Shown here piece after piece: positions 31,043-43,215 of a DNA stretch of 64,000 nt. Source of the DNA: Candidatus Krumholzibacteriota bacterium (GTDB taxonomy: Bacteria; Krumholzibacteriota; Krumholzibacteriia; Krumholzibacteriales; Krumholzibacteriaceae); assembly GCA_030667985.1 (NCBI GenBank), contig DAOUUU010000001.1, positions 12,020 to 76,019 of the forward strand, in the 5' to 3' direction. Within the stretch, counting starts at the first letter, position 1. Every line of letters begins with the position of its first letter. The position numbers and the translations under genes are program-made. The notes below the pieces were generated by a model. It saw only the letters and a list, made by a program, of their open reading frames with translations. It made no database searches and was not told the DNA's origin.

Positions 31043-32146
31043 TTGATCATTAAATCGCTCGATCTGGTTAATTTCCGTAACATCAAAGAAGCGACCCTTG
31101 CCTTTTCCGGGACATTCAATGTCATCCGGGGCAGGAACGCTCAGGGGAAGACGAACCTTCTTGAAGCCATTCACCTTTTTTCTCTTGGAAGATCCTTCAG
31201 GACCAGGAGACGCGAGGAGATGGTGAAGTTCGACGAGGAGTACCTCTTCGCGCGCCTCGCCTGCACGAGTGACGCAGGCGTCAGCTTCCGTATCGAGATA
31301 GGTCTCGAGAGGGGCGGGAGGATCAGCGTGTCGGTCAACGGCAAGAAACTCGCAGCGCTCTCCGAGATCATCGGAATAATGCCGACGGTGATCTTTATAC
31401 CGGAAGACGTTGCGCTCGCCACGGGGCCGCCCTCGGAACGAAGGACCTTTGTGGACTATACGGCGTCCCAGATATCACCCTCGTTCCTTCAAAACCTCAA
31501 AGAGTACAGGAAGGTGCTCGTTCAGAGAAACGCCGCCCTGAAGAGGGCGATGGAGAGCGGGAGCCAGCCGGAGGGCATCACGGCGTGGGACGAGATGATC
31601 GTGGAGTGCGGCGCGGCGATCATCGAGGGGCGGCAGGAGATGCTGTCCGAGATCGAGAGCCGGGCGTCGAGATTGATAGACGACATCATGACTGGCACCG
31701 GAGCGATCACGATGCAGTATTCATGCTCCGTCGATCTGAGCGGGAAGGAGACGAAAGAGGCTCTCCGCGAAGCGCTCCTGGGGACCAGGGATCAGGAGAA
31801 GAGAAGGGGATATACCCTGGTCGGGCCGCACTACGACGACATCAGCATCTTTCTTGATGACAGGGAACTCAAAAGGTATGGATCCCAGGGGAGGAAGCGG
31901 CTCGCGTCGATAATTCTGAAGCTCGCCCAGGCCTGGGCCATCATGGAGCGCAGGGCGGAAAGGCCGATTGTCCTTCTCGACGATATCTTTTCCGAGCTGG
32001 ACGACGAGACCGCGAGAAGGGTGAACAGCCTGCTGTCGGACAGGTACCAGAGCTTCATTACGACCCCCCGCACAGAGGATATTATCGATGTCGAGGCTGC
32101 CCGGTTTTTCGTCGAGGAGGGTGTTGTGGCCGTCGAGAAAGAATAA
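31043..32146 (+). CDS. recF: DNA replication and repair protein RecF
   Basis: Walker A GRNAQGKTNLLEAI, an ABC signature region and a Walker B LLLDDIFSELD. Confidence 0.9.
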   Translation: MIIKSLDLVNFRNIKEATLAFSGTFNVIRGRNAQGKTNLLEAIHLFSLGRSFRTRRREEMVKFDEEYLFARLACTSDAGVSFRIEIGLERGGRISVSVNGKKLAALSEIIGIMPTVIFIPEDVALATGPPSERRTFVDYTASQISPSFLQNLKEYRKVLVQRNAALKRAMESGSQPEGITAWDEMIVECGAAIIEGRQEMLSEIESRASRLIDDIMTGTGAITMQYSCSVDLSGKETKEALREALLGTRDQEKRRGYTLVGPHYDDISIFLDDRELKRYGSQGRKRLASIILKLAQAWAIMERRAERPIVLLDDIFSELDDETARRVNSLLSDRYQSFITTPRTEDIIDVEAARFFVEEGVVAVEKE

Positions 32147-32260
32147 CGGCCAATCGGGCCCAATCAGAGGTTGTAAGCGAGGAAGTTTTTATGTATTTTT
32201 ACGGAGTTTTCTAATAGAATCAGGTTCTGCGGGGTGCCGTATATGGGGTGTTGAAACGCT

Positions 32261-34476
<2,216 letters not shown>

Positions 34477-34560
34477 GATGGGCGCGGCTCCGAAGGCATG
34501 AGGCCCAGGAGCCGGGCGTTCTCTAACAGGAGAACACCGGGACACAAAGGAGAAGCTTAC

Positions 34561-37194
34561 ATGGATATAGGCAGGCAGCGGGTAATACCGATCTACATAG
34601 AAGACGAGATGAAGAGTAGCTACCTCGACTACTCGATGAGCGTGATTGTCTCGAGGGCGCTGCCAGATGTGCGGGACGGGCTGAAGCCTGTTCACAGGCG
34701 CATACTGCTTGCCATGAACGATCTCGGCCTGGTGCACAACAAGCCCTACCGGAAATCTGCGAAGGTGGCCGGTGACGTAACCGGAAACTATCATCCACAC
34801 GGGACGGCCGCCGTATACGACGCAGTCGTGAGGCTCGCGCAGGATTTCTCGATGCGATACCCCTTGATAGACGGCCAGGGCAACTTCGGTTCGATCGACG
34901 GGGATCCCGCCGCGGCGGAGAGGTACACAGAGGTCCGCATGACAGAGCTCGCCGTCGAGCTGCTCAAGGACATCGAAAAGGAGACTGTCGAGTTCGGCCC
35001 GAACTATGACGAGACGCGCCAGATGGCACTAGTGCTCCCATCGAAAATACCAAATCTTCTCGTAAACGGCGCTTCTGGAATCGCCGTGGGCATGGCGACG
35101 AACATACCTCCGCACAATATCATGGAAATCGTCGACGGCCTGATCGCGATACTGGACGATCCCGAAATCACGATCGACGGGCTCTGCAAGATCATAGAGG
35201 GGCCGGATTTCCCCACGGGCGGGATAATATACGGACGCAGCGGCATACGCGAAGCGTACCATACGGGCAGGGGCAAGATAACATTGCGCGCCAGGGCGAA
35301 CATCGAAACGATGAAGAGCGGCAAGACGAGCATAGTCGTCACCGAGATACCATACCAATCGAACAAGGCCTCGATCATAGCGAAGATCGCGGCTCTGGTG
35401 CGCCAGGGAAAGATCGACGGGATAAGCGACATAAGGGACGAATCGGACAAGGAGGGCATGCGCATCGTCATAGAGCTAAAGAGGGACTCCTATCCGAAGG
35501 TGGTTCTCAACCAGCTCTTCTCCCACACGCAGCTCCAGATGACATTCGGCATCATCATGCTTGCCCTCGACGAGATGAAACCCGAGGTCATGGACTTAAA
35601 AAGGATGATGGCGGCGTTCCTGAAGCATCGCGAGGAGATAGTGACGCGCCGCACGCAGTACGACCTCAAGCGCGCGGAAGAGCGAGCCCATATCCTGGAG
35701 GGCTACAAAGTCGCCCTCGACCACATAGACGAGATCATTCAGCTCATAAAGAAGAGCGCGTCCCCCGCTGAGGCGCGCACGGGCCTTATGAAGAAGTTCA
35801 AGTTCACAGAGATCCAGGCCCAGGCGATCCTGGACCTCAGGCTGCAGAGACTGACGGGCCTGGAGCGCCAGAAGATCGAAAACGAGTACCTCGAACTGAT
35901 CAAGAAGATCGAATACTTCCGGTCAATACTCGAGAGCAGGGAAAGGCTGATCGGGATAATAAAAGATGAGCTCGAGGCGCTGAAGGACCGGTTCGGGGAC
36001 GCCCGGAGAACGGAGATCGTCGAGGGCGATGGAGAATTCGAACTCGAGGACCTGATCGCCGAAGAGGATATGATAATAACGGTGACCCGTACTGGATATA
36101 TCAAGCGGATCCCGATAGGTACATACCGCAGGCAGCGGCGCGGCGGCAAAGGAGTGACCGGCCTTGGCATGAAGGACGAGGATTTCGTCCAGAATCTCTT
36201 TATCGCTTCGACCCACAGCTACATCCTATTTTTCACAGATAAGGGAAAGTGCTACTGGGTGAAGGTGTACGAGATCCCTCAAGGGGGGCGTCTGGCGAGG
36301 GGCAAGGCGATCGTCAACCTGCTCGAGATGTCCCGAGAGGAAAACATCACCGCCATGGTGCCGGTCGGAGATTTCAGCGCGGATGCTTACCTGATGATGG
36401 CGACGAAGGACGGCTTCATAAAGAAGACACATCTTTCCTCCTATTCGAATCCACGCAGGGGAGGAATAAACGCCATAATCCTCCGCGAGGGCGACCGGCT
36501 TATCGAGTCGCGCCTCACGTCCGGCAATGACGACGTGATCCTTGCCAAGAAGAAGGGCAAGGCGATACGTTTCAGCGAAAGCGACGTGCGCAAGATGGGA
36601 AGGGTGACACGGGGAGTAAAGGGCGTCACGCTCGACAAGGATGACGAGGTCGTCGACATGGTCGTGGTGAAGCGCAAGGCCGAGATCCTTGCCGTTACGG
36701 TAAATGGCTACGGCAAGAGGACCAGGATCAGTGATTTTCGCAACATTCGCCGCGGCGGCAAGGGCGTGGTCTGCATACCGACTGCGGGACGGAACGGTGT
36801 TCTCGTCTGCGTGAAAGAAGTCATTGAGACGGACGAGGTCATGATGATAACCAGCAAGGGGCTCGTTATCCGCTGTCCGATAAAAGGTATTCCGGTGCTG
36901 GGGCGCCCGGCCAAGGGTGTCAGGGTCATCAGGCTCAACGCCGGCGATTCACTCGTCGATGTAGCACTGATCGTGGGCGGGGATGAGGGGAACGGAGATA
37001 TCGAGGAACAGGTCCTGATTGCCGGCGAGGAGGAAAACGTGGGGGATCCCGGGGAAGAAGCCCCGGAAGTAGAGGAGGAAGAGGAAAAGGAAGAGCCGGA
37101 AAAGAAAAATGAAAAACCGAAAAGCAAAGATACAGCTAATAAGAAGGCGAAAGACAAACCGGCCAAGCCCAAGGCAAAGGGCAAGAAGAAATGA
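34561..37194 (+). CDS. gyrA: DNA gyrase subunit A with an unusual charged C-terminal tail
   Basis: The active-site Tyr region, the GyrA-box QRRGGKG and beta-pinwheel CTD repeats are present. Start is the ATG at 34561 after AAAGGAG; the ORF extends upstream to 34498. The last ~70 aa are an E-rich block followed by a KPAKPKAKGKKK-type basic block. Confidence 0.95.
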   Translation: MDIGRQRVIPIYIEDEMKSSYLDYSMSVIVSRALPDVRDGLKPVHRRILLAMNDLGLVHNKPYRKSAKVAGDVTGNYHPHGTAAVYDAVVRLAQDFSMRYPLIDGQGNFGSIDGDPAAAERYTEVRMTELAVELLKDIEKETVEFGPNYDETRQMALVLPSKIPNLLVNGASGIAVGMATNIPPHNIMEIVDGLIAILDDPEITIDGLCKIIEGPDFPTGGIIYGRSGIREAYHTGRGKITLRARANIETMKSGKTSIVVTEIPYQSNKASIIAKIAALVRQGKIDGISDIRDESDKEGMRIVIELKRDSYPKVVLNQLFSHTQLQMTFGIIMLALDEMKPEVMDLKRMMAAFLKHREEIVTRRTQYDLKRAEERAHILEGYKVALDHIDEIIQLIKKSASPAEARTGLMKKFKFTEIQAQAILDLRLQRLTGLERQKIENEYLELIKKIEYFRSILESRERLIGIIKDELEALKDRFGDARRTEIVEGDGEFELEDLIAEEDMIITVTRTGYIKRIPIGTYRRQRRGGKGVTGLGMKDEDFVQNLFIASTHSYILFFTDKGKCYWVKVYEIPQGGRLARGKAIVNLLEMSREENITAMVPVGDFSADAYLMMATKDGFIKKTHLSSYSNPRRGGINAIILREGDRLIESRLTSGNDDVILAKKKGKAIRFSESDVRKMGRVTRGVKGVTLDKDDEVVDMVVVKRKAEILAVTVNGYGKRTRISDFRNIRRGGKGVVCIPTAGRNGVLVCVKEVIETDEVMMITSKGLVIRCPIKGIPVLGRPAKGVRVIRLNAGDSLVDVALIVGGDEGNGDIEEQVLIAGEEENVGDPGEEAPEVEEEEEKEEPEKKNEKPKSKDTANKKAKDKPAKPKAKGKKK

Positions 37195-39014
37195 AGTGGA
37201 TAGTGAGCCTGCATAGAGTGATGCTCGTTTCGGTGGCGCTGATAGCGACGCTCGCGCCGCCGGCCGGTTCCGAGGAGCTGCTCTGTCTCTCGCACTCCAG
37301 GGGACGAGTTGTGATACATCTGCCCCTCGATGGGAGTCTCGGAATCTGTTCGTATCCCGAGGGGGAATACGGAATAAGGTGGCCCGGGCCCCAGGGAACC
37401 GAGTTCCTCGGCGCCGGAGGGATCTATCTGCGATTCCGGGTGCCGGGCGAGTCAGGCTTCAGATTCACCGAACCGGGCCAGCTGGAGCCTATGTTCATCG
37501 TGGCCGACGGATTGAACGAGGGATGTGCGGGAGGCAAGCGTTATCCGCATCCCGAACGGGACGACGACGAAGACGGCCATATCGACGAAGACGGCCATAT
37601 CGACGAAGACCCGGTCGACGGCACCGACAACGACGGCGACGGGAGCGTCGACGAGGACTTCGCCGCATACGGCAATGACATGAAGGTGACCAGAACTGTC
37701 GACAGAGACACCGGGCTTATCATCCAGCAGAGCAGCTATACCTGGGCGTATGGGCATGTCCGGGATATCGTCGGCTTCACAACGGTGATCCAGTGCGATC
37801 ACCGGGATCGCAGGGGCATAGAAGAACTCGAGGTGGTGCTCTACACCCATTTCAGGATCGGGGACGGAGATGATTCCGGAAGGGGAAGTGACGACCGGCA
37901 CTTTTTCATGGAGGTCGACACAGCGCCGGGGAAGATACGCGTCGCCGTAACCGCTGGAGAGCAGTACCATGTCGCGTTCGTTCCGCTCGAAGTGACCGCC
38001 CCCGGCCCCATCCGGCGCGGCATGACCGCGGTCCTTCTCGGTTCGGCCGATTCTCTCTGGGCCGGCCTGGCGCCGGACGATTCGAAGGGGGCTGCACCGA
38101 TCGTCGAGATGTTCACGGGCGATGGGGAGCCCGAGGATGTCGATGGGGTCCGGTTTGGCCCCTCCACGATGGAAGATGTTCTTGTCGCCGGCGAGACCAG
38201 GGGAGAGCGCGCGGCGGCTTGCCTTGTGCATCCCGTCCGGGCTCTCGGACCGGGAGAGGAGCTGCGGATCGAGTGGGCGCTGGTATTCGGAAAGAGCCTG
38301 CCGGCGCTGCTCAGAAGCATACGTATGGCCGTCGAGACATACACAGGCGTTTTGGACGAGCAGGGGCGGCGCCACAACTGGGTCGTACCTGCGCGGAGAG
38401 CCGTACGGGTGGAACTCGAGGCGAGTCCGGCCTTCGCCTGGTCCCAGGGCCAAAGGCAGGCTGCGGCTGCGATACTGCTGCCCCCGGAGATCGAGGATGA
38501 AGAAGTCGAGTGGCTCAGGGCTATGAGCGGCGAGTTTATAGAGTACCAGCAGGTGGGAGGAAGGATTGTCGTAATGCTCGGCGATCCTCTTGCCGATGGC
38601 GAGCGGATAGTAGTCGAGGGACAACTGACCGACGGGACTGTCTTGACGGCGACGCTCGATGCCGCGACACTCCAGGGAACGGACGATGACGACCGGAGCA
38701 AGGACAACCTTCCGGACGAGAGCATACAGCTCTATCCGAACCCATTTCTCACGAGCCTCAATATAAACCTTCGTATATATAATCCGTCCGCCCTGGCTTC
38801 AGAGGATGGAGGCGCGAGTTCAGTCAGGATATACGATGTGCGTGGAAGGCTCGTAAAGACGGCTCTCGAGCAGGAGCTGCTGCACCCGGGCGAGTATCTG
38901 CGCGTATGGGACGGGTGTGACGAGTACGGCAAGGAAGCCGCGCCAGGCGTCTACTACGTGAAGCTGCAGATCGGAGATCGATCGGTAACGAAGAGAGTGA
39001 TACTGCTCAGGTGA
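37191..39014 (+). CDS. Secreted protein with Asp-rich Ca-binding-like repeats and C-terminal T9SS/FlgD-Ig-type sorting domain
   Basis: Signal peptide, a DEDGHIDEDGHIDEDPVDGTDNDGDGSVDED block, and a C-terminal ~90 aa matching Por_Secre_tail (LYPNPF...VRIYDVRGRLV..L.....GEY...WDG.D..G...A.GVYYVKL). ATGA overlap with gyrA and GTGA overlap with hflX. Confidence 0.7.
   Translation: MKWIVSLHRVMLVSVALIATLAPPAGSEELLCLSHSRGRVVIHLPLDGSLGICSYPEGEYGIRWPGPQGTEFLGAGGIYLRFRVPGESGFRFTEPGQLEPMFIVADGLNEGCAGGKRYPHPERDDDEDGHIDEDGHIDEDPVDGTDNDGDGSVDEDFAAYGNDMKVTRTVDRDTGLIIQQSSYTWAYGHVRDIVGFTTVIQCDHRDRRGIEELEVVLYTHFRIGDGDDSGRGSDDRHFFMEVDTAPGKIRVAVTAGEQYHVAFVPLEVTAPGPIRRGMTAVLLGSADSLWAGLAPDDSKGAAPIVEMFTGDGEPEDVDGVRFGPSTMEDVLVAGETRGERAAACLVHPVRALGPGEELRIEWALVFGKSLPALLRSIRMAVETYTGVLDEQGRRHNWVVPARRAVRVELEASPAFAWSQGQRQAAAAILLPPEIEDEEVEWLRAMSGEFIEYQQVGGRIVVMLGDPLADGERIVVEGQLTDGTVLTATLDAATLQGTDDDDRSKDNLPDESIQLYPNPFLTSLNINLRIYNPSALASEDGGASSVRIYDVRGRLVKTALEQELLHPGEYLRVWDGCDEYGKEAAPGVYYVKLQIGDRSVTKRVILLR
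37566..37610 (+). repeat. 18-bp perfect tandem repeat GACGAAGACGGCCATATC x2 plus a partial third copy (encodes DEDGHI repeats)
   Basis: Copies at 37566-37583 and 37584-37601 are identical; the third copy diverges after 9 nt. Confidence 0.9.
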
Positions 39015-40315
39015 AGCGTCCACACTATACTCCGCCTACAGGCGCGCCGGAAGAGCGTGCCTTTCTTGTCGGTATACTTCTTCCCGGAAAACGCAGAGAG
39101 GACGAGGAGAACAATCTCCGGGAGCTGGAGCTCCTCGCAAGGACCGCAGGCGCCGACGTCGTCGGCAGCGCTATCCAGAGCAGGACGCGTATCGACGGAT
39201 CCACATTTATTGGTGGGGGAAAGGTGGAGGAGCTGGCCAGGGAGGCTTACGACCATCAGGTGAACCTCGTCATCTTCGACGACGATCTTTCGCCCGCCCA
39301 GGCGAGGAACATAGAAAACAGGCTCGAGGTCAACGTAATAGACCGGAGCGAGCTCATCCTTGATATTTTTGCGAGGCGCGCCCGGACGAAGCAGGCTCGC
39401 ATCCAGGTCGAGATCGCCCAGCTCAAGTATGCGCTTCCGCGGTTGAGGCGGCTCTGGGACCATCTGTCGCGTCAGGCGGGTGGTATCGGGACGAGGGGGC
39501 CGGGAGAGACGCAGCTCGAGGTCGATCGGCGGCGCGTCAGGGAGCGGGTGGCGAAGCTCTCGAAGGAACTGGACCGGATCGACAGGCGTGTAAAGGAACG
39601 GAGAAAGCAGAGAAGCTCGATGTTCAACATCGCGATCGCCGGTTACACGAATGCCGGAAAGTCGACACTGCTGAACCGGCTAAGCGGCAGCAAGATCCTG
39701 CAGAGCCAGCGCCTCTTCTCGACACTCGACTCGACGACGCGCAAGGTGGAGAGCCCTTCCGGCAAGACGTTTCTCCTCACCGATACGATCGGTTTCATCA
39801 GAAAGCTGCCCCCGCATCTGGTTGATAGTTTCAGGGCGACTCTGAGGGATGTCAGGGAAGCGGATCTTATACTTCACCTCGTCGACGTATCGGACGAGCG
39901 TTTCGAGGATCATATCGAGGTTGTGAACGGTGTTATCGGCGAGGTGCTCGGCGGCGAGCGGGCGGATGAAGAGATCCCGACCCTGCTCGTTCTCAACAAG
40001 AGCGATCTCATAGAAGATAACGCGCTTAAAAGTCTCAGGGGCAGGTATGCAGAGGCAGTTCAGATCAGCGCCTCCTCCGGTGACGGGATCTCCGACCTGC
40101 TGGAAACGGTCGACGGCCGGATGGAGCGCGATATCGTGCAGGCCGTGGTCGATGTGGAGGCGGGAGACGGGAAAGCGATCGACACGGTGGAAAAGATCGG
40201 GGACGTGCTGGAACGGACAGTAGAGGGAACGCGGATGATCTTTCATATCAGGGTGAAAAAACGCGACCTGGCTGCACTCGAGAACGTCGGCGAAGTGCGT
40301 GTCCAGCTGGTTTAA
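39011..40315 (+). CDS. hflX: GTPase HflX
   Basis: HflX N-domain followed by G-domain motifs (G1 GYTNAGKST, G3 DTIGF, G4 NKSD). GTG start. Confidence 0.9.
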   Translation: MKRPHYTPPTGAPEERAFLVGILLPGKRREDEENNLRELELLARTAGADVVGSAIQSRTRIDGSTFIGGGKVEELAREAYDHQVNLVIFDDDLSPAQARNIENRLEVNVIDRSELILDIFARRARTKQARIQVEIAQLKYALPRLRRLWDHLSRQAGGIGTRGPGETQLEVDRRRVRERVAKLSKELDRIDRRVKERRKQRSSMFNIAIAGYTNAGKSTLLNRLSGSKILQSQRLFSTLDSTTRKVESPSGKTFLLTDTIGFIRKLPPHLVDSFRATLRDVREADLILHLVDVSDERFEDHIEVVNGVIGEVLGGERADEEIPTLLVLNKSDLIEDNALKSLRGRYAEAVQISASSGDGISDLLETVDGRMERDIVQAVVDVEAGDGKAIDTVEKIGDVLERTVEGTRMIFHIRVKKRDLAALENVGEVRVQLV

Positions 40316-40328
40316 TACATAAATTGAA

Positions 40329-41609
40329 TCATTTCATATAGACGAGCCTGCCGTCTTCCATTGTGACATCATCGAATCTTTCGGACAGATTTTCTTTCAT
40401 CTCGATTGCCGCGGGACTTGCCGCCTTGAACTCGTAGCTCCTGTCGAGCTGCCAAACTATGAAGCGGGAAAGGATTATGAACATCAGCGGGACGAGCATC
40501 GGCACGAAGCGACGGATCCTCTGGTGGGTGATGAGGCGCGAGCAGAAGACGGCCCCAGCGCTTATCACTACGACGAAACCTACCGAGACCAGGTAGAGGT
40601 GGCGTATGTTGAGCCAGTCGTCCGGGAACTGGAAAAAGGCGAAGGGAATCACCATGATGTATGTCCAGGCGATGAAGAATCTGATGGGACGGTTGCCGAA
40701 GATGAAACCGAAAAAAGAGTAGGATATGATCGTAAGCGCGATGATGATCCGTATCTCCGTCGCGAATCGGTAGGCGAACCGGACTGCCGTTCCCGACTGG
40801 GCGACGAGGTGAGATGTGTGGATCGGGAAGACCATCCTGACCAGATAGTTGATAACATTCTTGAAGGTCCAGAATATGAACTTGAAGACGCCGGGATTTT
40901 CGGTGTAGAGCGGGGGTCGGTACCCAAAGACCTGTGCCTTGATGATCAGCGCAGTGACCGCGACGACCAGGAGTATGATAAAATTGGCGTTCAGCACACG
41001 CTTGCCCGTCTCGTTCTTGAAAAAGAAGTTGAAACCGAGGAAGGTGCCCAGTATGGCCATGCTCGTGCTCCGCGTAAGCATCGATGTGACAAAGAGGAGC
41101 AGGGTCAGAAGGTAACAGCCGCTCAACGTCTTGCCCCCCCTATCCAGTTCGTTCTTGAAGTAGCAGAGCATCGTCAGCAGCGTGAGCGTAGTTATTAGAA
41201 GATCCTCCAGCCCCGAGGCGATCATGACCGACTTCCCATAGCTCCCCACGGTGAAGACGAAGAGGAGCCCGGACAGAAGGGCTATGGTCCGGTCCTTCAG
41301 GATCGTCTGAACGAGACTGTAGACGAGGAACGAATTGAGGCCGTGCAGAATAATGTTGAAGATAAAATAGCCTTTTGCATTGAAGATAAAGGCCTTGAAC
41401 AGGACGAAGTAGGCCAGGTATGCGAGGGGCTGGAACTTGAACGGAGGCTGGCTCGAGAAGGAGTCGGCGGTTCCATCAATCATCATGAGGCTATGCTGGA
41501 GGGAGAGGAAATCGGCGCCGTGCCAGAATCCGTTGTCCTGAGCCTGGCCGAAGAAGAGATAACCGAGCAGAACAAAACCGCAGAGAATGAGAATGTTCTT
41601 TGCCGCCAT
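40329..41609 (-). CDS. Polytopic membrane protein, GT-C/PMT-like glycosyltransferase fold candidate
   Basis: About 12 predicted TM helices with periplasmic loops, resembling GT39/ArnT-like topology. No catalytic motif confidently identified. Confidence 0.45.
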   Translation of the reverse strand: MAAKNILILCGFVLLGYLFFGQAQDNGFWHGADFLSLQHSLMMIDGTADSFSSQPPFKFQPLAYLAYFVLFKAFIFNAKGYFIFNIILHGLNSFLVYSLVQTILKDRTIALLSGLLFVFTVGSYGKSVMIASGLEDLLITTLTLLTMLCYFKNELDRGGKTLSGCYLLTLLLFVTSMLTRSTSMAILGTFLGFNFFFKNETGKRVLNANFIILLVVAVTALIIKAQVFGYRPPLYTENPGVFKFIFWTFKNVINYLVRMVFPIHTSHLVAQSGTAVRFAYRFATEIRIIIALTIISYSFFGFIFGNRPIRFFIAWTYIMVIPFAFFQFPDDWLNIRHLYLVSVGFVVVISAGAVFCSRLITHQRIRRFVPMLVPLMFIILSRFIVWQLDRSYEFKAASPAAIEMKENLSERFDDVTMEDGRLVYMK

Positions 41610-41739
41610 TTTTTACCCCCGGAGCCGCGCACACTAAGGCTGGACCACTTGCATGATTATACCTTATTTCGATTTTTTTGGAATAGTTTATTTTTTTAAA
41701 GGGGGTGGAAACCGGCCCACCCCCCTTTAAAATACGGTT

Positions 41740-42978
41740 CTAACTCTGCAAGAATAGATGCGAGAAGACCTTCGAGTCGCCCACCATGTTATCTATATGC
41801 GTGTACTCGTTCGGCTGATGGGCCAGTTCGTCGATCTTGGACCAGACGACGGCGTTTATTCCGGCCTTGCGGAAGAAGGCTGCCACCGTGCCTCCGCCGA
41901 TTCCCATCGGCTTTGCATCGACTCCGTGGATTTCCTTTATCGCCGCCGCCAGGGCCTTTACGACTGGAGCGTCGACCGGCGTGGCGGGAGCCGCTTCCTC
42001 GCGCTGGGGCGATGTGATCGATATTGTCACCTTCTGCTCCTTCTCGACTTCCCGGGTCATCCCTTCCAGGGTCTTGTGCACCTCGTCGAGGTCGATATCG
42101 GGGAGGATCCGCATATCGACGTAGAAAACGTCGTCGCCCGGTATCGTGTTGATGTTGGGCACGTTGTTCTCCTTCTTTGTCGGCTCGAAGGTGCTGATCG
42201 GCGGATCGAAGACCTCGTCCTTCTGGTTGAAGATCTCGTAGAGCTTGTCGATCTTCGTGATCAGGTGCGCCGCTGCACGGTGGGCGTTGATCCCCTGCTC
42301 CGGCGTAGAGGCGTGGCACTGCTTGCCCTTCGTCTCTATCTTGACCCAGTAGATCGATTTTTCGGCCACCTCGATCATGCTGCCGTCGGGGACGCCGGCG
42401 TCGGGAACGATGATCAGATCCTGCTCTTTGAAGACGTTGTGGTTCTTGAGCAGGAACTGGATGCCGTGCTCGCTGCCGGTCTCCTCGTCCGCGACGAAGG
42501 CGAGGCCTACGTCGTATGCCGGCTTGACGCCGAGCTCCTTCAGCGCCTTCAGCGCGAAGAGAGGCGTCACCATTCCGTGCTGGTTATCCTCGACACCCCT
42601 GCCGTAGATCTTGCCGTCCTCGACCTTGACCGTGTAGGGATCGCTGTTCCAGAGCGACAGCTCGCCGGGCGGTACGATATCGAGGTGAGCCATCGCCCAA
42701 ATGCACTTGTCGCTCGATTCGCCCTTCATGATGGCGATGATGTTGGGCCTGATCCCGGAGGGGACTCTGTCGTCAGGTGAATCGTACTGTTCCATCGTGT
42801 CGAAGCCGATCTCCTTCTCCATCCAGTCCTTGATGAAGGCGGCCTTCTTCGCCTCTCCCTCGCCCTCGTTTGTCGGGCCCAGCGCAGGGATGGCGGTGAG
42901 CTTTGCCTGGAGATCGACCATCTCATCCCTGTAGCCGTCGATCTTCTCGTAGAGCTGTTTCATGATTTTTTCGTCCAT
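41740..42978 (-). CDS. M20-family metallopeptidase (ArgE/DapE/carboxypeptidase G2-like)
   Basis: Metal-binding motifs AHLDIVP, VEDNQHG, ADEETGS and an HEPNE-type C-terminal region. Confidence 0.85.
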   Translation of the reverse strand: MDEKIMKQLYEKIDGYRDEMVDLQAKLTAIPALGPTNEGEGEAKKAAFIKDWMEKEIGFDTMEQYDSPDDRVPSGIRPNIIAIMKGESSDKCIWAMAHLDIVPPGELSLWNSDPYTVKVEDGKIYGRGVEDNQHGMVTPLFALKALKELGVKPAYDVGLAFVADEETGSEHGIQFLLKNHNVFKEQDLIIVPDAGVPDGSMIEVAEKSIYWVKIETKGKQCHASTPEQGINAHRAAAHLITKIDKLYEIFNQKDEVFDPPISTFEPTKKENNVPNINTIPGDDVFYVDMRILPDIDLDEVHKTLEGMTREVEKEQKVTISITSPQREEAAPATPVDAPVVKALAAAIKEIHGVDAKPMGIGGGTVAAFFRKAGINAVVWSKIDELAHQPNEYTHIDNMVGDSKVFSHLFLQS

Positions 42979-43215
42979 GATGCCTCCAATCGGTAGGTTA
43001 CGGTGCCTTTTCAGGGGCCCATCGGGTGCACGCTTATTGTAAGTACGGATTGTGGACTGACTACGCTATCACCGGTACTTGGGCTTCGTCAAGCTGATTC
43101 TCCCGGGCCCGGGGGGCTGAGGAGAAAAGGCTTTCCCCAGTGTAACGAAACGGGGTAATATCATGCCGGAGCATGCAAAAAACAAGATCGTTATAGAGAA
43201 GGAGGCTGAAAAGAG

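Noticed and set aside
37452-38725. Minus-strand ORFs 37452..38624 and 37841..38725
   Set aside because: Antisense to the secreted T9SS-tail protein gene, which has a signal peptide and a recognisable C-terminal domain.
41758-42780. Plus-strand ORF 41758..42780
   Set aside because: Antisense to the M20 peptidase gene.
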